Positions 1-14,073 of a stretch of DNA of 64,000 nt are shown here, piece after piece. The first letter of the stretch is position 1. The number at the start of each line of letters is the position of its first letter. Source of the DNA: Auanema rhodensis (lineage: Eukaryota > Animalia > Nematoda). Position numbers and translations under genes: made by a program. Below the pieces are notes generated by a model. That model was not told where the DNA came from and did not search any database. It saw only the letters and a list, made by a program, of their open reading frames with translations. Location of the stretch: positions 5,952,001 to 6,016,000 of the forward strand of contig OZ059894.1 in the NCBI GenBank assembly GCA_964057225.1, read 5' to 3'.

Positions 1-37
1 GAAAATGTTCCATTAGCTGTATAATGTTTTCAAACAT
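1..37 (-). CDS. Possible first coding exon of a gene running off the left edge (MFENIIQLMGTF...)
   Basis: On the minus strand a TTGCAG acceptor (~51-56) is followed by an ATG at 37, and the frame stays open to base 1. An E2F-like GCGCGAAAA lies at ~569. Too short to identify. Confidence 0.3.
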   Translation of the reverse strand, partial: MFENIIQLMEHF

Positions 38-1227
38 TACAAGCTGTTAGCTGCAATTATTTTTCATTTTTCTATTCAAAAGAATTTTAAATTTTTTGTA
101 CTCGAACTGTACTTTTACGGGTATAATAATATAATTTTATGTATTTCTTACATGATTCTGTCTTCTTTTTCATATATGTTATTCTTGAAGTTTCTTAAAT
201 ATTTTATTCTACAAAATATTTAAGAAACTTATATATTTTTGTCAATATATGTCTTTATATTATATTTTTATTTGAATCTCTTACTCCCAAACTTAATTTG
301 TGTCAATTATGTACGCCTCATTTGATGTTTTATGTTTTTTTTTGTACTTCAAAACGATACTTCTTTCAACTATTTTTGTTTCAAGTAATAGTTCAAATAT
401 TTTTTTTACATGTTGTCCTCTACTTTCTTTGTGATGCCATATGTCTTCTCTTTTTTCATTTTATATGTCTTTATTCATATTTTTATTCTTAAGTACCATT
501 TTCTCTTCAATTTTCATAATTTTTTAAATATATGAAACTTTGTCAATACGAAAATCAAAACTGAATATGCGCGAAAAATGTTTTACTTATTAGATTAATT
601 CCGGAAATCTCTTATTTCTTTCTATTATTTCAAATATGACATATCCGGAAACGTCCAACGTTTTGACTTTTCACTATTCTTTCATATGTTTATATAAATT
701 TCTTTTATTTTTTAGACTGACGAATGAAATAGTATCAGTTTAGGCGTAACATTATGAAAGATATATATTGTGCTCAATTTATTTTTTCTTGAAAAAAAAA
801 TGTTTTATTAGATTGTTGTTTGATGGATCTTAAATAAAAACTACGTTTTTCAATTTTTAAAATTTTTTTTTGTATACTTTCTAAAGTATTATATCTGTGA
901 ATTATTTGCATACGGAATTGACATAAGTGTGTAACGTACAAGTGATATATCTGACGTATTCATAATCATTTCCATGCATGTATTTGACAAAATCGGTTGC
1001 TTTCATTTTTTAAAAAAGATACTTTCCATTGAAAAAGCTGATGAAGTATTTTTTTTGTAATAAATTTCAGAATACAATATAAGAATATAATAATTAATAT
1101 GATTAACAATAATAATATATTTTAATATGAATATGTATATACATATATATGTATATGTTCTTTATATACAAGTAAACGTTAATGATAACATCTTTATAGA
1201 CAGAAAACAAAGAAAAGAACATGATTG

Positions 1228-2201
1228 TTAGAAGTGTAATAAAATAATTGAAAGAATCACAAATGTCTGACTGAAAGTTGCCAGATATGAACCTGTATTC
1301 CGATATCTCCATCCGTTACCGCCATACGAAGAGTACTGTAATCGTTTAGCTATATATGAGTTTGCATAATCATATGATCCAAATGGGCTGGAGAAGCATT
1401 TTTGTGTATTACACTTATCTGTAGCACAGAAACACCAATGTTCAGTAATTTCCATCTGAAAAGAAGTATTGATAGTAAACCTTTAAGAGTTACATACATT
1501 ATTAGCTTATTATATCAAAATTCTAATGAATAGCTTTCATTTTTGATTTACCTTATCAAAATCATGAGGAAGATAATCGCCAATTTCAGAAATTTTGGAA
1601 TTTGTACCCAATCCTAAGTGCATATGCTGTTCATCAGTTAAGAAATGTGAAGAACATCCTCTCCCAACTCCTGAAACATTTATGAATTATATTTTTTATT
1701 TTTTTAAATTAAAAAAATATTTATTCTGTTCTCTTTTTTCTTTCTTATACTTTTTTTTTCTAATACTAATATGTATTCATTTTACCTAAATTTTTCGTAT
1801 ATCCAGTCTCTTTATGTGTTCCATTAATATACAAAATAAAACAGCTTGAATGGCAAGATTGAAAAGAGTCTGGTTTATAATCTCTGAAACAATTTTTCAA
1901 TTTTTTGTCCACAAAGGAAACACCAACTTGTGAACACATTCAGCATCACTAGCCGTTACTTCATAATTTCGTTTTAAGAATAGATGGCGCCATTGCTGAA
2001 AAAAAAAGAGAAATTTGAAGTTAAAATAGGAACAAATGATTTTCTGTAAATAAATTTTTTTTTATATTTTTCTAAAAATATTCTTGATATATCACTAACC
2101 CAAACGATAAATTCATTTGCACATGAATAGCACTTAATGGCGTCTGACAAGCCGCAGAACAACCATAGCATCCAAATGAAATCAGTTACCAAAATTCGCA
2201 T
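1228..2201 (-). CDS. GPI-anchored Ly6/uPAR three-finger protein (quiver/sleepless- or hot/odr-2-like), 5 exons
   Basis: Exons joined at GT-AG sites give: signal peptide MRILVTDFIWMLWLFCGLSDA, then IKCYSC...AECV...QSCHSSCFILY...GRGCS...WCFCATDKCN (three-finger Cys pattern ending CxCxxxxCN), then a hydrophobic GPI-type tail (TFVILSIILLHF*). A TTTTCAG acceptor lies 27 nt upstream of the ATG, with an in-frame TAG before the ATG. Confidence 0.85.
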
Positions 2202-3410
2202 TTCGACATCTTGATATGACTATTCAACCTGAAAAAAATACTGTAATTTCAAGAAAAAAATAAATCAGTTCATAGAAATCTATACAGAGAAATAGAATTT
2301 TGACACTTTGGGATAAGAATATGAAACCGAAGCGTTAAGAAATTATTAGCTTTGATTAATGAAATAAGCTTAATGGTATAAAGAAGATTGATTTGGATAT
2401 AGTATAATGAGCAATCAACTTATTTCTATTCCAGTTTACTCTCTCATATAAATTTACAGAGAAAATTGAGATGTGGAAGAGAAGGAGAAAGAGAAAATTA
2501 GAAACTTGTCATATATAAAGAGGGTCAGAAAGAAATTCACAATGCCAGATTGCCAACGAAAATGAGTTAAGATTTGGAGGGTGGCAAACAGAGATAGAGA
2601 CCGAGGCAATAAGAGAAAACCAGAAATGGATTTAGATGGTCATTGCATGCTCTCTCACTCATCTTCTATTTGCCTCTGTCTCTCTTCGAATGTCATACTT
2701 TCACAGTTTAACTATATGTATAGTAATTTTGTTGAAATCAAATTATTTCTATCATAATGAAAGAAAAGACATGGAGTATAGATGGAAGAATAAATCTGAA
2801 AATCCATATATGTTTGCATCTGCAACAGCATCTACATATATCCAAATTAATACGACGAACACAAAAATTTTAATGTAAAATAAAAAATAATTTATCTAAA
2901 AGATAAAAAAGTGAAACGAATTATATATATATATGCATATGTATGTATTTTAGTAGAAGTCAGATTAAGTTTAAGCTTGTTCTAATATATTATCACGCAA
3001 TCAACATTTTTTTCCATGTGCTCACTGAAAGAGTTTTGAGAAAAACATGTGAGAAAACTTGAATATCCACACCTATATACGTATGAAAATTGATAGAAAT
3101 GCTTTTCATTTCAAATTATCATTCTAAGATATATAAACTTAAATCTGTTATGATAGAATTTGTACATAAAAAGAAATAAAACAGAAGATTGGGAATCATC
3201 CGGGCACATAAGAATGAGATTTCCTTTCCACAAAAGGAGATTATAGATTTAGAAAAAATCACAGCTTCAGTATTTAGGAAAGAAAAATCTATAGAAAAGA
3301 GAGAAGATTATTACGTGAAGAATGAAAAAATATGAGTATACAGAGATTGAACTCAGAGGAAAAGAAATAGAAAGTGAGATATGAGAGATAAGATACAGAA
3401 AGAGAAGGAG

Positions 3411-3433
3411 AGATAGAGAGAGAAAGAGAAAGG

Positions 3434-3466
<33 letters not shown>
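3411..3466. repeat. Imperfect (AG)n microsatellite
   Basis: Seen directly. It explains the spurious SLSLSL ORF at 3289-3495. Confidence 0.9.
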
Positions 3467-6400
3467 CATGAGGAGCAGAAGAATGGTAGTTTCAAATAAG
3501 TTGAGTGTCGAATGTAGATGTATGGATGGCTGATTTAGGCTAGTAAGTTGGAATATGAAATCTTTAAAACCATATTAGTTCAAATCTAGGCGGAAAAAAC
3601 TGCAATATATGTAACTTGAGTATAAGGTAGGAACCAAAAAAACGTAGGATTTCGAATGAAAATTGCATAATATGCTGATTTTATAATAAAAGCTATTCTG
3701 TTTTACCGCTATTCTAACTTATTATTTACAATAAAGGCTGTAAACTTAATATTTTAAAAATTATTTTCAATTGCGAGATAAATTCAGTAGGAAAAAATGA
3801 TCAATTAGAGTAATTCATCATGAATTCTAAACCAAAAAAAGATGTTATTGCAGGTTCTTCTGGTGGCTGAATAATCAAGGCTGGGTTAAGAAACGAGCGG
3901 AAATGCGAGAAGCTTTCAGGCCAAATTTGGTTATCGCTATACTTCGGACCGTTGTCGGCGTAGTCGCCGTCATCCTACTCGTTTGAAGCGTCTTCAACGA
4001 CTCAATTTCCCCACACACTGACTTTGAGCAGTGCTGGAGCAGCAGAGGTAAGATTGAAGAGTTGAAATCGGGAAACATAATGGAAGACCGAACAAGGACA
4101 TCCATACATTCTTTCGATAGCAAAACAGATAAATAGCTTCTCAAACTGAGATTGACGGCAGGATGAAAGCCTTCAGAATCAGGATAGCATTGAGGACGTT
4201 AGGGAATATAGCTAACAACACAAGAATAACCCCATTTTCACTGAATTACTACTAGATAACCTGGACATAAGAAAACAATATAAAAGACAAAATAGAAGGT
4301 AATAAGATAAATCAGAAATGTGAGTTTGACACGTATAGGTGAAACGGAGCGGTAAGCTTGTCAAATGAAAATCACCAGCTTAAACCTAATGCTGATGATG
4401 ACTTTGACAGCCAACTAATGTTTTCTTGTTGTCAAAATAAAAAAGTGTCTGTGAAAATTTGGATATGTGTATGTATGTGCACATGTATTTGAAAAAAATA
4501 TTTCATTTTTTCAATTTTTCTGTGGAAAAATTATTTATAATCTCTCCAGAATCTCTCTATAATAGATATATGAAAAGAAAAAAAATTTTCTGTTTCAAGT
4601 TTTATAAAAGAAGATATAGAAATGGAAGCAATGTTACAAAAAAACATTCGTCTACATTTTGAAAAGCATTATTTAGATGAGGAAACTACGTTTTTCTCCT
4701 TTTTTTTGCAAAAATGTTCTGAGCTCACCGCAAATGACCGATGTAAACGGTGAAATTTTGATTTTTTGTCAGTAAAAAGTTGCAAGACAAATGTTGGATA
4801 AAAGTAGAGTGCAAGGCTTTAATGTCCACGTGGGAATAAATACATTTGGCTAATGATGACAAAGTCTAAGACGATGTTGAAGCCGCACAAGCCGTTGGAA
4901 TGGACGGCGACAAATGTAGATACGGAGAAAATGTAAAAATGAAAGAATTCTAATCTTTTTCGGTAGTTGGCCTTTGACTTCTTTCTGTTCTCCGGAACTC
5001 GTAGACGAATAATAGAAGACATATAAGCAAGAATGTATTCGAAACTGATCGGGCTGGCTCGCACGTCGGGAAATGGAAGAGAGTGACCATGATGACGACG
5101 ATGACAGCGCCGTGTTCAGCGACCGAAAAGGGTGTACCTATGCAGGTAAAACAATATAATGGATGCTAGTTGTAAAGTTCATATTTTGATTGAGCACAAT
5201 TGGACCAATTGAACGAATTAGTCAGACCCCATGGTGTGATCTTAATACTAAGTGTCTTTCCGAATGATAGAAAACTACGCCATCGAAGTCTTCCGGTTCA
5301 GCTCAAGGCTATAAGGCCCTTTGGCAGCCCAATACTACACGAATCAAAGTGAAACTGAGCTTACTTAAGAAGCTTGTAAGAAATTGAAATGCAAAGATGG
5401 AAGGCCAGCTGCGATGAAGAGAGAAAATAAAACAAGTGAGAATAAAAGGCCGAGAGACATATGCAAAAGGACGGAGAAAGAAAAATAACTAATGAATTGG
5501 GAGGTTGAAGGTTGAAAAAGAAAAAAATCAAAGATTCATGTCAAACCACACTCATTATATAATGAATGATCAACAATGACCGATTGCTCTACTATTAAAA
5601 CACAATAAACCAGATTTATTTATAAACAAACAATTAACTAAAAATTCGTGTATGAAGCTAAAAAGAAGAATTAACTAATCCTAAGCTCATCAATAATGTT
5701 CTTAAAGAAATTTTAAAATAACTTTTTTTTGTTCAGATTTGTATACTTTTATGAAAAAAGGAAACGTTATTGCAATGGAAAAACAAATAAAAAAATTGAA
5801 AATGTTATATAATCGTTTGTTGCTAGTTAAAAATTAAAATATAAAAATCGAATTTAGATTCTAATACATAAATGGAAATTTCAGTTATAGGTATACTACA
5901 CGTGAGACCAAAAGCACTTACACAGATAAAGAGAACAAACATGAACATAACTAGCAATAACTTTTCGATAATTAATGGAAAAGTTTTATTTGAAGTTTTG
6001 CACATCATCAGGTTAGACTTCTCCAGCTAAATGAAAATCATGGAGAGCACAGCTGTGCTTAATGGTTTTTAAATAAGAGCATTAGAAGGATGATTTCTAT
6101 ATTATAAAAAATTGTGAGAGCTTAAGAATTATTGAAGAAATTAAGATAGAAAGAGAGAGAGAGAGAGAAAGAGAAGTAGACGGGAAATTTATAAAAAAAC
6201 TAGAAAACCTTCGAAAGTCTTGAATAATGCACTATATAAACTTGATTTAATTTTTCCTTTGAAATATTGATATTCAGTGAAAATAATATGAAAAATATAT
6301 AAAGCCTAGTTTGGGCGTAAGATTGAAATAGTTAAATGCTTATGAGCACGATAAATGAAAATCTCAAGAATAACATAGAATATTGGAGAACAAGCCTGAT

Positions 6401-8097
6401 CACGCAAATGATTTAACCGAATTCATCAAAAGAAAATTTCTATGATTAAAATGCTAGGGTAATCAGAGAAATGTGCTATAAGCTTTAGTTTAAGAAGAGA
6501 GGTCATGAGGGGGCAAATGAAAATGCAATAGCAAGGGTAAAGGGTAAGACAAAGCAATTTTAGAGAGAAGAGATATATTGAGAAAGGAAATATAAAATGA
6601 ACCATTCAAAGAAGCTAAATGTTCTGGTATGAAAACTTTTAAACGTAAATATATGAATTAGAAGATCTAAATTGTATATTTTGTAATGATTAACTGGATT
6701 ATACAAGCAGTTTTAGGTTTTACTCTATCTTGATTTACATGAAAATGAGAAACACTTTCAAAGATTAGAAAATGATCTTCAAATAAAGAAAGATGACCAT
6801 AATTAGAAAAAAAAGTGAAACGAATAGAAGTGGATTGCAGAGAAAGCACAAATTTGAAAGCCCAAGTAATGACCTCGTTGGCTTGTGCTGATCAGAAAAT
6901 GAACCAAGTGGATTAAGCAGTATGTCATTTGATAGTCTTGAGAATTTGGAAATGTAGAATTGAGTATGAAATAGTTTAAATAACTTTTTTTAGAAATATA
7001 AATAAGTTCAATATATTTTTATTTTACTCAACAAGAATTTAGAAGGGTTTTGAAGCAAATAAAGAAATAACGCTCTATAAAACGGAATTCGTCATCACCC
7101 AATCACTCATCTTCTAAATATGGAAAAAAGGGAGGGTCTTCATTCATTTTTCTAGCTCTTTTTCTCTCTCTCCCTCTCTTTATTTTGTGTTTTTATCAAT
7201 GTTAGACGGGTTTGAAAAAACCTTTTTGAAAGTTGTTCCAACTTATGTCTAAGAAGATATATATATATTATGAAGAGAAGTAGTTGATCATTTTGAGGAG
7301 TGGGAAACAGAAAGTATTGAAAGGGAGGTAAGAAATGATGCAGATGCACTTTCTTCTGATCAAAACTAATAAAATCGTAGCTTAAAGGGCAAAAGGATAT
7401 GACATCGTCGATGAGCATAGTCAGACATCAGATATGATCACAAATAGTTCGAAGACTTGACAAGATGTCTCATAAAAAACATAGAAGAACATGCCCTAAG
7501 AGAATGAATAAGCTATAGCAAAATAGTGAGTGATTCTCTTGGATTATTGGCAGTAAAGAAGAACACACACTGAGAATTTGATGGATTCATCCGCCGACGT
7601 GTGGTATGAAGTTAGGCTGTTGGCAAAACTTCAAGAGTCAAGATGGAGTGGTGTTGATGATACTTCGTTTGGATGTTGTATATACATGTATATGTGTATA
7701 AGTAGTATATACATACATACATTTGATACATAGCATAGATAGGGGAGAGAGTTGATATACATATATATGAATGTGCATGTATAGCTATGATATCCAATTG
7801 AAAGAATTTTCGTAAAACAACATGATCTTGGCTTCATGAAAGAGTAGAAATGTCGTGACTCTTGTTGTGATGTAAATAGTTGATAGGCTGAAATAGCCAT
7901 CCGACGTCGAAATTCAATCCAAGCTATTAGGATATCCAGCATATATGTAGAAGAGGGACATGAGTAGGCAATATATGGAATAAGAGCGAGAAAGAAAGAA
8001 GGATGTGAAGAGGTAGTGAGGGCGAATTACACAATAGAGAGAGAAAGGGTATACCGAGAAACTAGGAGATACGAAAAGAGAAAATGACATAGAGAGG

Positions 8098-8102
<5 letters not shown>

Positions 8103-8136
<34 letters not shown>

Positions 8137-8140
8137 AGAA
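8103..8140. repeat. (AG)n microsatellite
   Basis: Seen directly. Confidence 0.9.
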
Positions 8141-11100
8141 ATAGACAAATGTGGCCAAATGGATAAAGCAACCGTTTTGATCGTCAAGTAAAATGAAAAT
8201 GACGTGTGAATGATTGGTGTTATTCGACAATCTTTCAAACAGTATGCAAAATGATGGAGTGATTCATTGTATGGTTATAACTATCAAAAGTATGTTTTTT
8301 GAATAATTAATTAGAGTAAAGTAAAAAACCATTTATACAATTTTAACTAGTAATGACTTCAGTTGTAGTCTAAGGATCAAAACTTGTCAATGTGTCATCT
8401 ATTTTCAAGCTTTTAAGCAGTCATGCACGATGACCAGTATGGAAGTGCTTCAGCGCATATCATTCATAAATAACTAACCGGTGGAGCTTGAGCTCAATTT
8501 CCTATTGGGTGCTCATTTCTCTTCCACTCATTTCGTTTTCTCCTTTACCCCACCCTTCACGGTTACCTTCTCTCTTTCTAAATCTTTTCATCTCAGAGCC
8601 ATTTAATCCCCTCGCTAGGTCTCTTTACTGGGATATCTGGAAGTTGCTCTATTTGACGCAAGACTAAAATCATATAAGCCCTTTACGAGACTGCAACTTG
8701 GACAGCCTAAAGCTGCGTAAACAAATTGTCTTAAGACTTTGATTTCCGAGGAACCTTGTGGCAGGCATTTGAAGTTATTGTTGCTTCATACTTAGGACAT
8801 AAAATATAGACTTTAATTAGCTTTTCCTGGAAAAATCAGTTTGCGAATTCATGTATAAGTGCATATGCGAGTGAGAATTTCAGGCACTGGATAAGGTGAG
8901 TGAAGCAGGAATTTTTATCGAAGTTTGAACAAGAAGGAACTGAAGTATAGCTAAATATGTATGAATCTACTTTTATTCTAATATTCCGTTTCTTCTATTT
9001 AGTATTTTATCTTCAACATTTTTTAAAAAAAGAAGCAATAAACATGAATAAAAGCATTAGATTCTAACAGATACAAAGTATATCATAAGGAACAACCCTG
9101 AAAAACATAACTTCAACTTCTATTTCTGTTTATGTGTAAGTATATATGTATGTAACTGAAGTTTGAAAATTCAAGAGAAAGAAAAACGACATAGAACTTG
9201 AAAAGTGAGAGAACACAGAAAGATATATAGAATATAGAATATAGGATCTAGAATATATATATTTCCATTTTCTTCATATATATATGAAGAAAAAGTAAAA
9301 AAATAAAAAAAAGGAAAGCTATCGTTGAATGGAACGTCTCAAAAAAATCTTTGTGACTTTATAAAGAAAAGAAATTTTGGCAGGAAAACAGGTGGTATTG
9401 AACTACATAAACAATACTTTATGTCCGAGTTAATACACGGTAATTATTCAAATATGATCATAAAGAAAACAACTAGCCTATAATCCTTCTTCACTCTTTG
9501 TCGAGACAATCTGACAAAATGATTCTATGGTGAAGATAAGTAAACTAAAGCTATGCAGAGCATAAGCTTAGTAGTAAAATATGAAGTAAAAATGATGAAA
9601 ATCAAGCTTTCTCTAAGAAATCTGAGAAAAATTTTTTTCCCTTTTCTAAGCAAAAAGGATATTGAGAGTTGTGACTGGCAGACGCTCAACTCTGAACGCC
9701 TTCATCACCGTTGTCATCTTCTCGGCTATCAGTTAGTGTAGTGGATGTATATTGTAAACGTGAAGTTCTAGCTCGTGTGGCTTTGTCAATAAATCTGCGA
9801 CGAGCTCAACTATGACAAAACATATGTTCCTGTCGATAGAATCCATCAAATGATAGCTTTGTCTCCCGCTTTAAAAGAGCAGAAATATCAGGTAAATAAA
9901 AGAAGAAGAATACTCTTTGCAGGACTGCCAAAGAAAAATCATTGAATGATCTCTTCTATAAAGAAATAACAGATTTCTTATCTCAAAAGTTTTAAGGTTT
10001 TAAAGTTGTTATTATACTACTGAACCAGGAAACGTAGGTGGCGTTATATATTTATATATAATCTATATTTCAGTGAGCGTTAAGAATAGTTTTGAGGAAA
10101 AGCTTTCGATTGGTTACGAGTTGGAGGAAGTTTGATAGAATTTCTAATTATCGTCATATAATCCAACTTAATTGGGTTTCCTTTATTAAAACGACCTATA
10201 TGTGCACTTAATTAGATAGTTTTATTATTATCATTAGGAATGATTCTACGTAATTAACACTGAAATGAGACAGTTTTCTAAAGATTTGAAAGGAATTTTT
10301 CAAAACTATATAGTCGAATTAAAATATTTATATGCAAAAAATACACATACACAAAGATCTTTTATCTATATATGATAAATATAAAAGTAAAAGGTTATTA
10401 CTAAATTGTCATTTTGAATTTAGTGAACTGACAAGTCATGATGGATAGATGGGTTTTGATATCGAAAAGCTGAACCATGAACAACTCGTATGAAAAAAAA
10501 GAGTTAAAAATCAATATTTATAGTTAATATAGTTAGTGGAACCCAACTAGCTTGCTTTATATATACATATTATAGAAAAAGAGAAAAAATGATAGATCGA
10601 TGTGCTGAGAATGAAACTTAAATATTTTGGCAAAAGAAAAATAAAGAAAATGGCAAGAATAACTAATAACAGATAAATAAAAGGAAGATCTATTTTTTTC
10701 TGTCTCAAAATATATGAAAAAGGCATGAAGAAAAAAGATAAAAAGAGAACGAAGAAGAGAATCAAAGAGAGGGAGAGGGGAAAGGAAAATAGGGAATAGG
10801 AGAAAAAGAAGCAGAAGAAGAAGGTCGACAACAAATTGGGAAACAAACTAAACTGAGAAACTACTAGTAACCCATAAAATCCTATGGAGAAGAACAGCAG
10901 AATTGGGCCTCTACTTGCATTTATCTCTTTTTGTTTTTAAAAATGGGAGAAAGGTGAAAATATAAAGATAGAAAGAAAGAGAGAGATAGACATTGTATGA
11001 ATGAGAGCATAAGAAAGAATATGATGGAGAGTGAAAAAAATACAATAAAAAAAGAAATTTAGGAGAGGGGGGAGGGAGAAAAATGAAGAATTGGCAAAAA

Positions 11101-12181
11101 TTATTTGTATAAAGCTATATTCAAGAAAAACAAAAACTTTTTTTTTTTCAAAATCTGTTCAAGATAAAAAAAATGTACACAGTTAAAATGAACATAACAT
11201 ATTCCCGAAAAAATGAGAAAACACATATAGAAAGTGGAAATACATATGTATATTGTCAATTCGAGAAAGTACATATAGACTATGATGTGTTATGGATTTA
11301 TAGATTTATGAAAAAAATGAAAACAAATAATAATTTTCTTGAAAGGGAAAAGCTTAATATAAATATTTAGGAGTTTCTCCTCATAATGTCTAAGCATGTA
11401 TTTGTAGAAATTGAGCAAATGGCTCACTATTTTTAAACAGGACAGAGCCGTACAAAATGAGATAGGAAGAAGTAGTAGCAAATAAAGAAGAATGAAAAAG
11501 AATATTATCTTTATTATAATCTTTATTCAGCTTATTTTAAAGAATAAAGAAAAAATATATATCCAGTTATGGCTTCCTTATTATCATCATTTTCGCCTAC
11601 ATCTTTCACTGAATGATTGAAGCTGTTGATGTGAGTTTCTTGCAAATATCTAGTATGAATTCAGGAATTTCTCCATGAAACATCTGTTTTTAAAAAATGA
11701 AATAAAGCAACATGATGAATTAATTATGTTTATCCAACGATCTAAATAAGAAAAATAATTCACAATTGTATAAAAACGTAATAATTAAAACTTTCAATGT
11801 TATTTATATATTTTTCATTAAAAAAAAGCATTGAAATGAAATGTTCATCATCACATTATCTTCTTTGCTTTCATACTCTCCCATATTTTCATTCATCATT
11901 CTATCATTCGAAAGAAAAATATTTCCTTCAATGTTGAAGATATTTTTTAATATGTAACAAAATTCTCTACAAAGTGTGATAAGTTCAAATTGAGATTATT
12001 GAGTTTCACGTTGATGGCTAAGAGAAACTGTGCAGTGTACAATTGAATTGACCTGTGCAACCATGAAACGTTCGGAAAAATATTAAAATTTGACAATAAT
12101 GACAAGAAAGCGTATATATACAGCTTTAAACTAATATAACCTTGAGATCTAGTTCATATCCTGACGAGGGCAATTTTCGTT

Positions 12182-14073
12182 TCATAAACTGTCATCGTCG
12201 TCAACAACAACAAATGGTCTGCAAACTTTCTGATCATAGCTTCGATGACCATTTGAAGGCCGCCATCTGAAAAAGGGGGAACAATACTTTGAGCACTAAA
12301 AATGTCCTGATTCTTACCCTCCTGATTCTAAGTAATCTCGCCTGCTTGTACAACAACTCTCTTGTCCTTTGTTGCTGGTGATCAATAAGTATGACGATAG
12401 AATCGAAAATATTAAAGCTGTAGCAAATATGCATGATGAGAACATATGAACATAGCTCGCAAAGCCCAGTCGATGCTATAAAAAATACGGCTAATTCATT
12501 TTGAATTTTATCATAACTTTTACTCTATTTCTTCTTTACGATTTTAGTTTTAGCATTAGGCTGCTGAGACTGCTGTCACACCATTGGAGGGGGGGGGGAG
12601 AGAGAGAGAGAAGCCCATGAGTTTTTTTTAATTTTGAGCAGCAGCTAGTCACGTTTCATTCAAGCTGTGTGCTCTGCTTGGTTGACGTTAAAACTTGAAA
12701 ACGATTTTCAATAATACTGCCAAACTGGGTTCACGTTGCACAACTATAATTCTATTTCTCACAATTCGTGAATACAACCGCTTTATGCGTGAGCTCATGT
12801 GGAAATATTCTATCAACAATCCCGTGAGTTTCACGTGTAAGCATGCTAATGTAAAGTTTTAGTACAGATTTGGAAGCTTCACAGGGCATTATTTTCTTTC
12901 TTAAATTAATCACGTAAATATAATAAATAATTTGAATTACAATATCATAAAATATAGTAAATAAAAATATTTTTTTCATAAAGAAGAATTTCACTAAAGA
13001 AACTGAGATATTCCCCAGTTATTTTTTTTATGAAAAAAATTTAATTTACCTTGAATGGGCCGATTCCCCCTTGGTCAAGAGATTTTTCTTCAATAATCAT
13101 ATCATCTTTACTGGCAGCAAAGGCAAAAATAATATCGGCTAGCACAGAACATGAACCTGAAAGATAAATGTTAATTCGATTTTCATATGGATATTTAGCT
13201 TTTAATCATTTTAGATATTTTTTAATGTTAGTGGAAGTTGAGTGACAAAGAAAACGTAGAAGAAACAAACTTACAAGTCATAAATATTGCCACAACATAA
13301 AGTAAAGAGTTAGGTGGAAAGCAAGGAGAACATGCACCGATTATTATTCCAATTATTCCAAACAAGAAAGTAAAAACAGAGAAAAATATAACAGCTTTAT
13401 GTTGAGCTGAAAGAATTGAATTTTTGATTTTATTCAAAATCTTAGATAAACTTACGTAAAAAACGATGTAAAAGTAGTTCTCGAGAAGCTATATCACCTC
13501 TTTCAAGAGCTGTTCTCAAAATGTTTTGAGAAGACGGATCGAATTTGCTGATACATTTATCACCTGGAAATGCGGTGTCATTACATATACTCAAAAGCAT
13601 TAGCTCTTTTTCTTTCTGAACTTTAAAGTATTTAACAAACATATACAGAAAAAGGGCATGCTTATGGTTTGTTCAAGCCTGCATTCAAGCTTGTGTAAGG
13701 CTCATTGTCATAATTAAATTCGAGAGAAAATAAGCTCTTTGAAGAAGAAAAAAGATTAAAATTAGCGTTTGTGAAACAATAATTGAAAGTTTTCAAAAAG
13801 TTTACCCGAATGATCCGCATCAACGTCGCTAAGTGGAATAATTTTTTCATTAGACTCATATGAAACAATGCAATCCCACCATAAACCATGATGATGGCTA
13901 ACGTATAATGAAGGAATTTCAGCTATCTGCAGATTAAAAATAAAAAATTTAAAGAATTAAATCTGAATTACCTGCCATAAAGGAGAAAAAATACTAAAAG
14001 CTGTGAGTAAAATTCCAGCAACAATAAGACAGATCGATATAACAAGAACTATTTTATACATAGCAAACGACAT
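12182..14073 (-). CDS. hpo-30: Claudin-like protein HPO-30, 7 exons
   Basis: GTTTCAG|ATG at 14073, TM1 followed by SPLWQ, claudin signature HHGLWWDC, 4 TM segments. The cytoplasmic tail TSNKGQESCCTSRRDYLESGGWRPSNGHRSYDQKVCRPFVVVDDDDSL* closely matches the recalled C. elegans HPO-30 tail (CCTSRKEY...RPFVVIDDDSSM). Confidence 0.85.

Noticed and set aside
12000-12184. Stop-codon readthrough or extra exons after the hpo-30 TGA
   Set aside because: The frame closes again after ~10 codons (NENCPRQDMN*), and the protein already ends at the position of the known HPO-30 tail.
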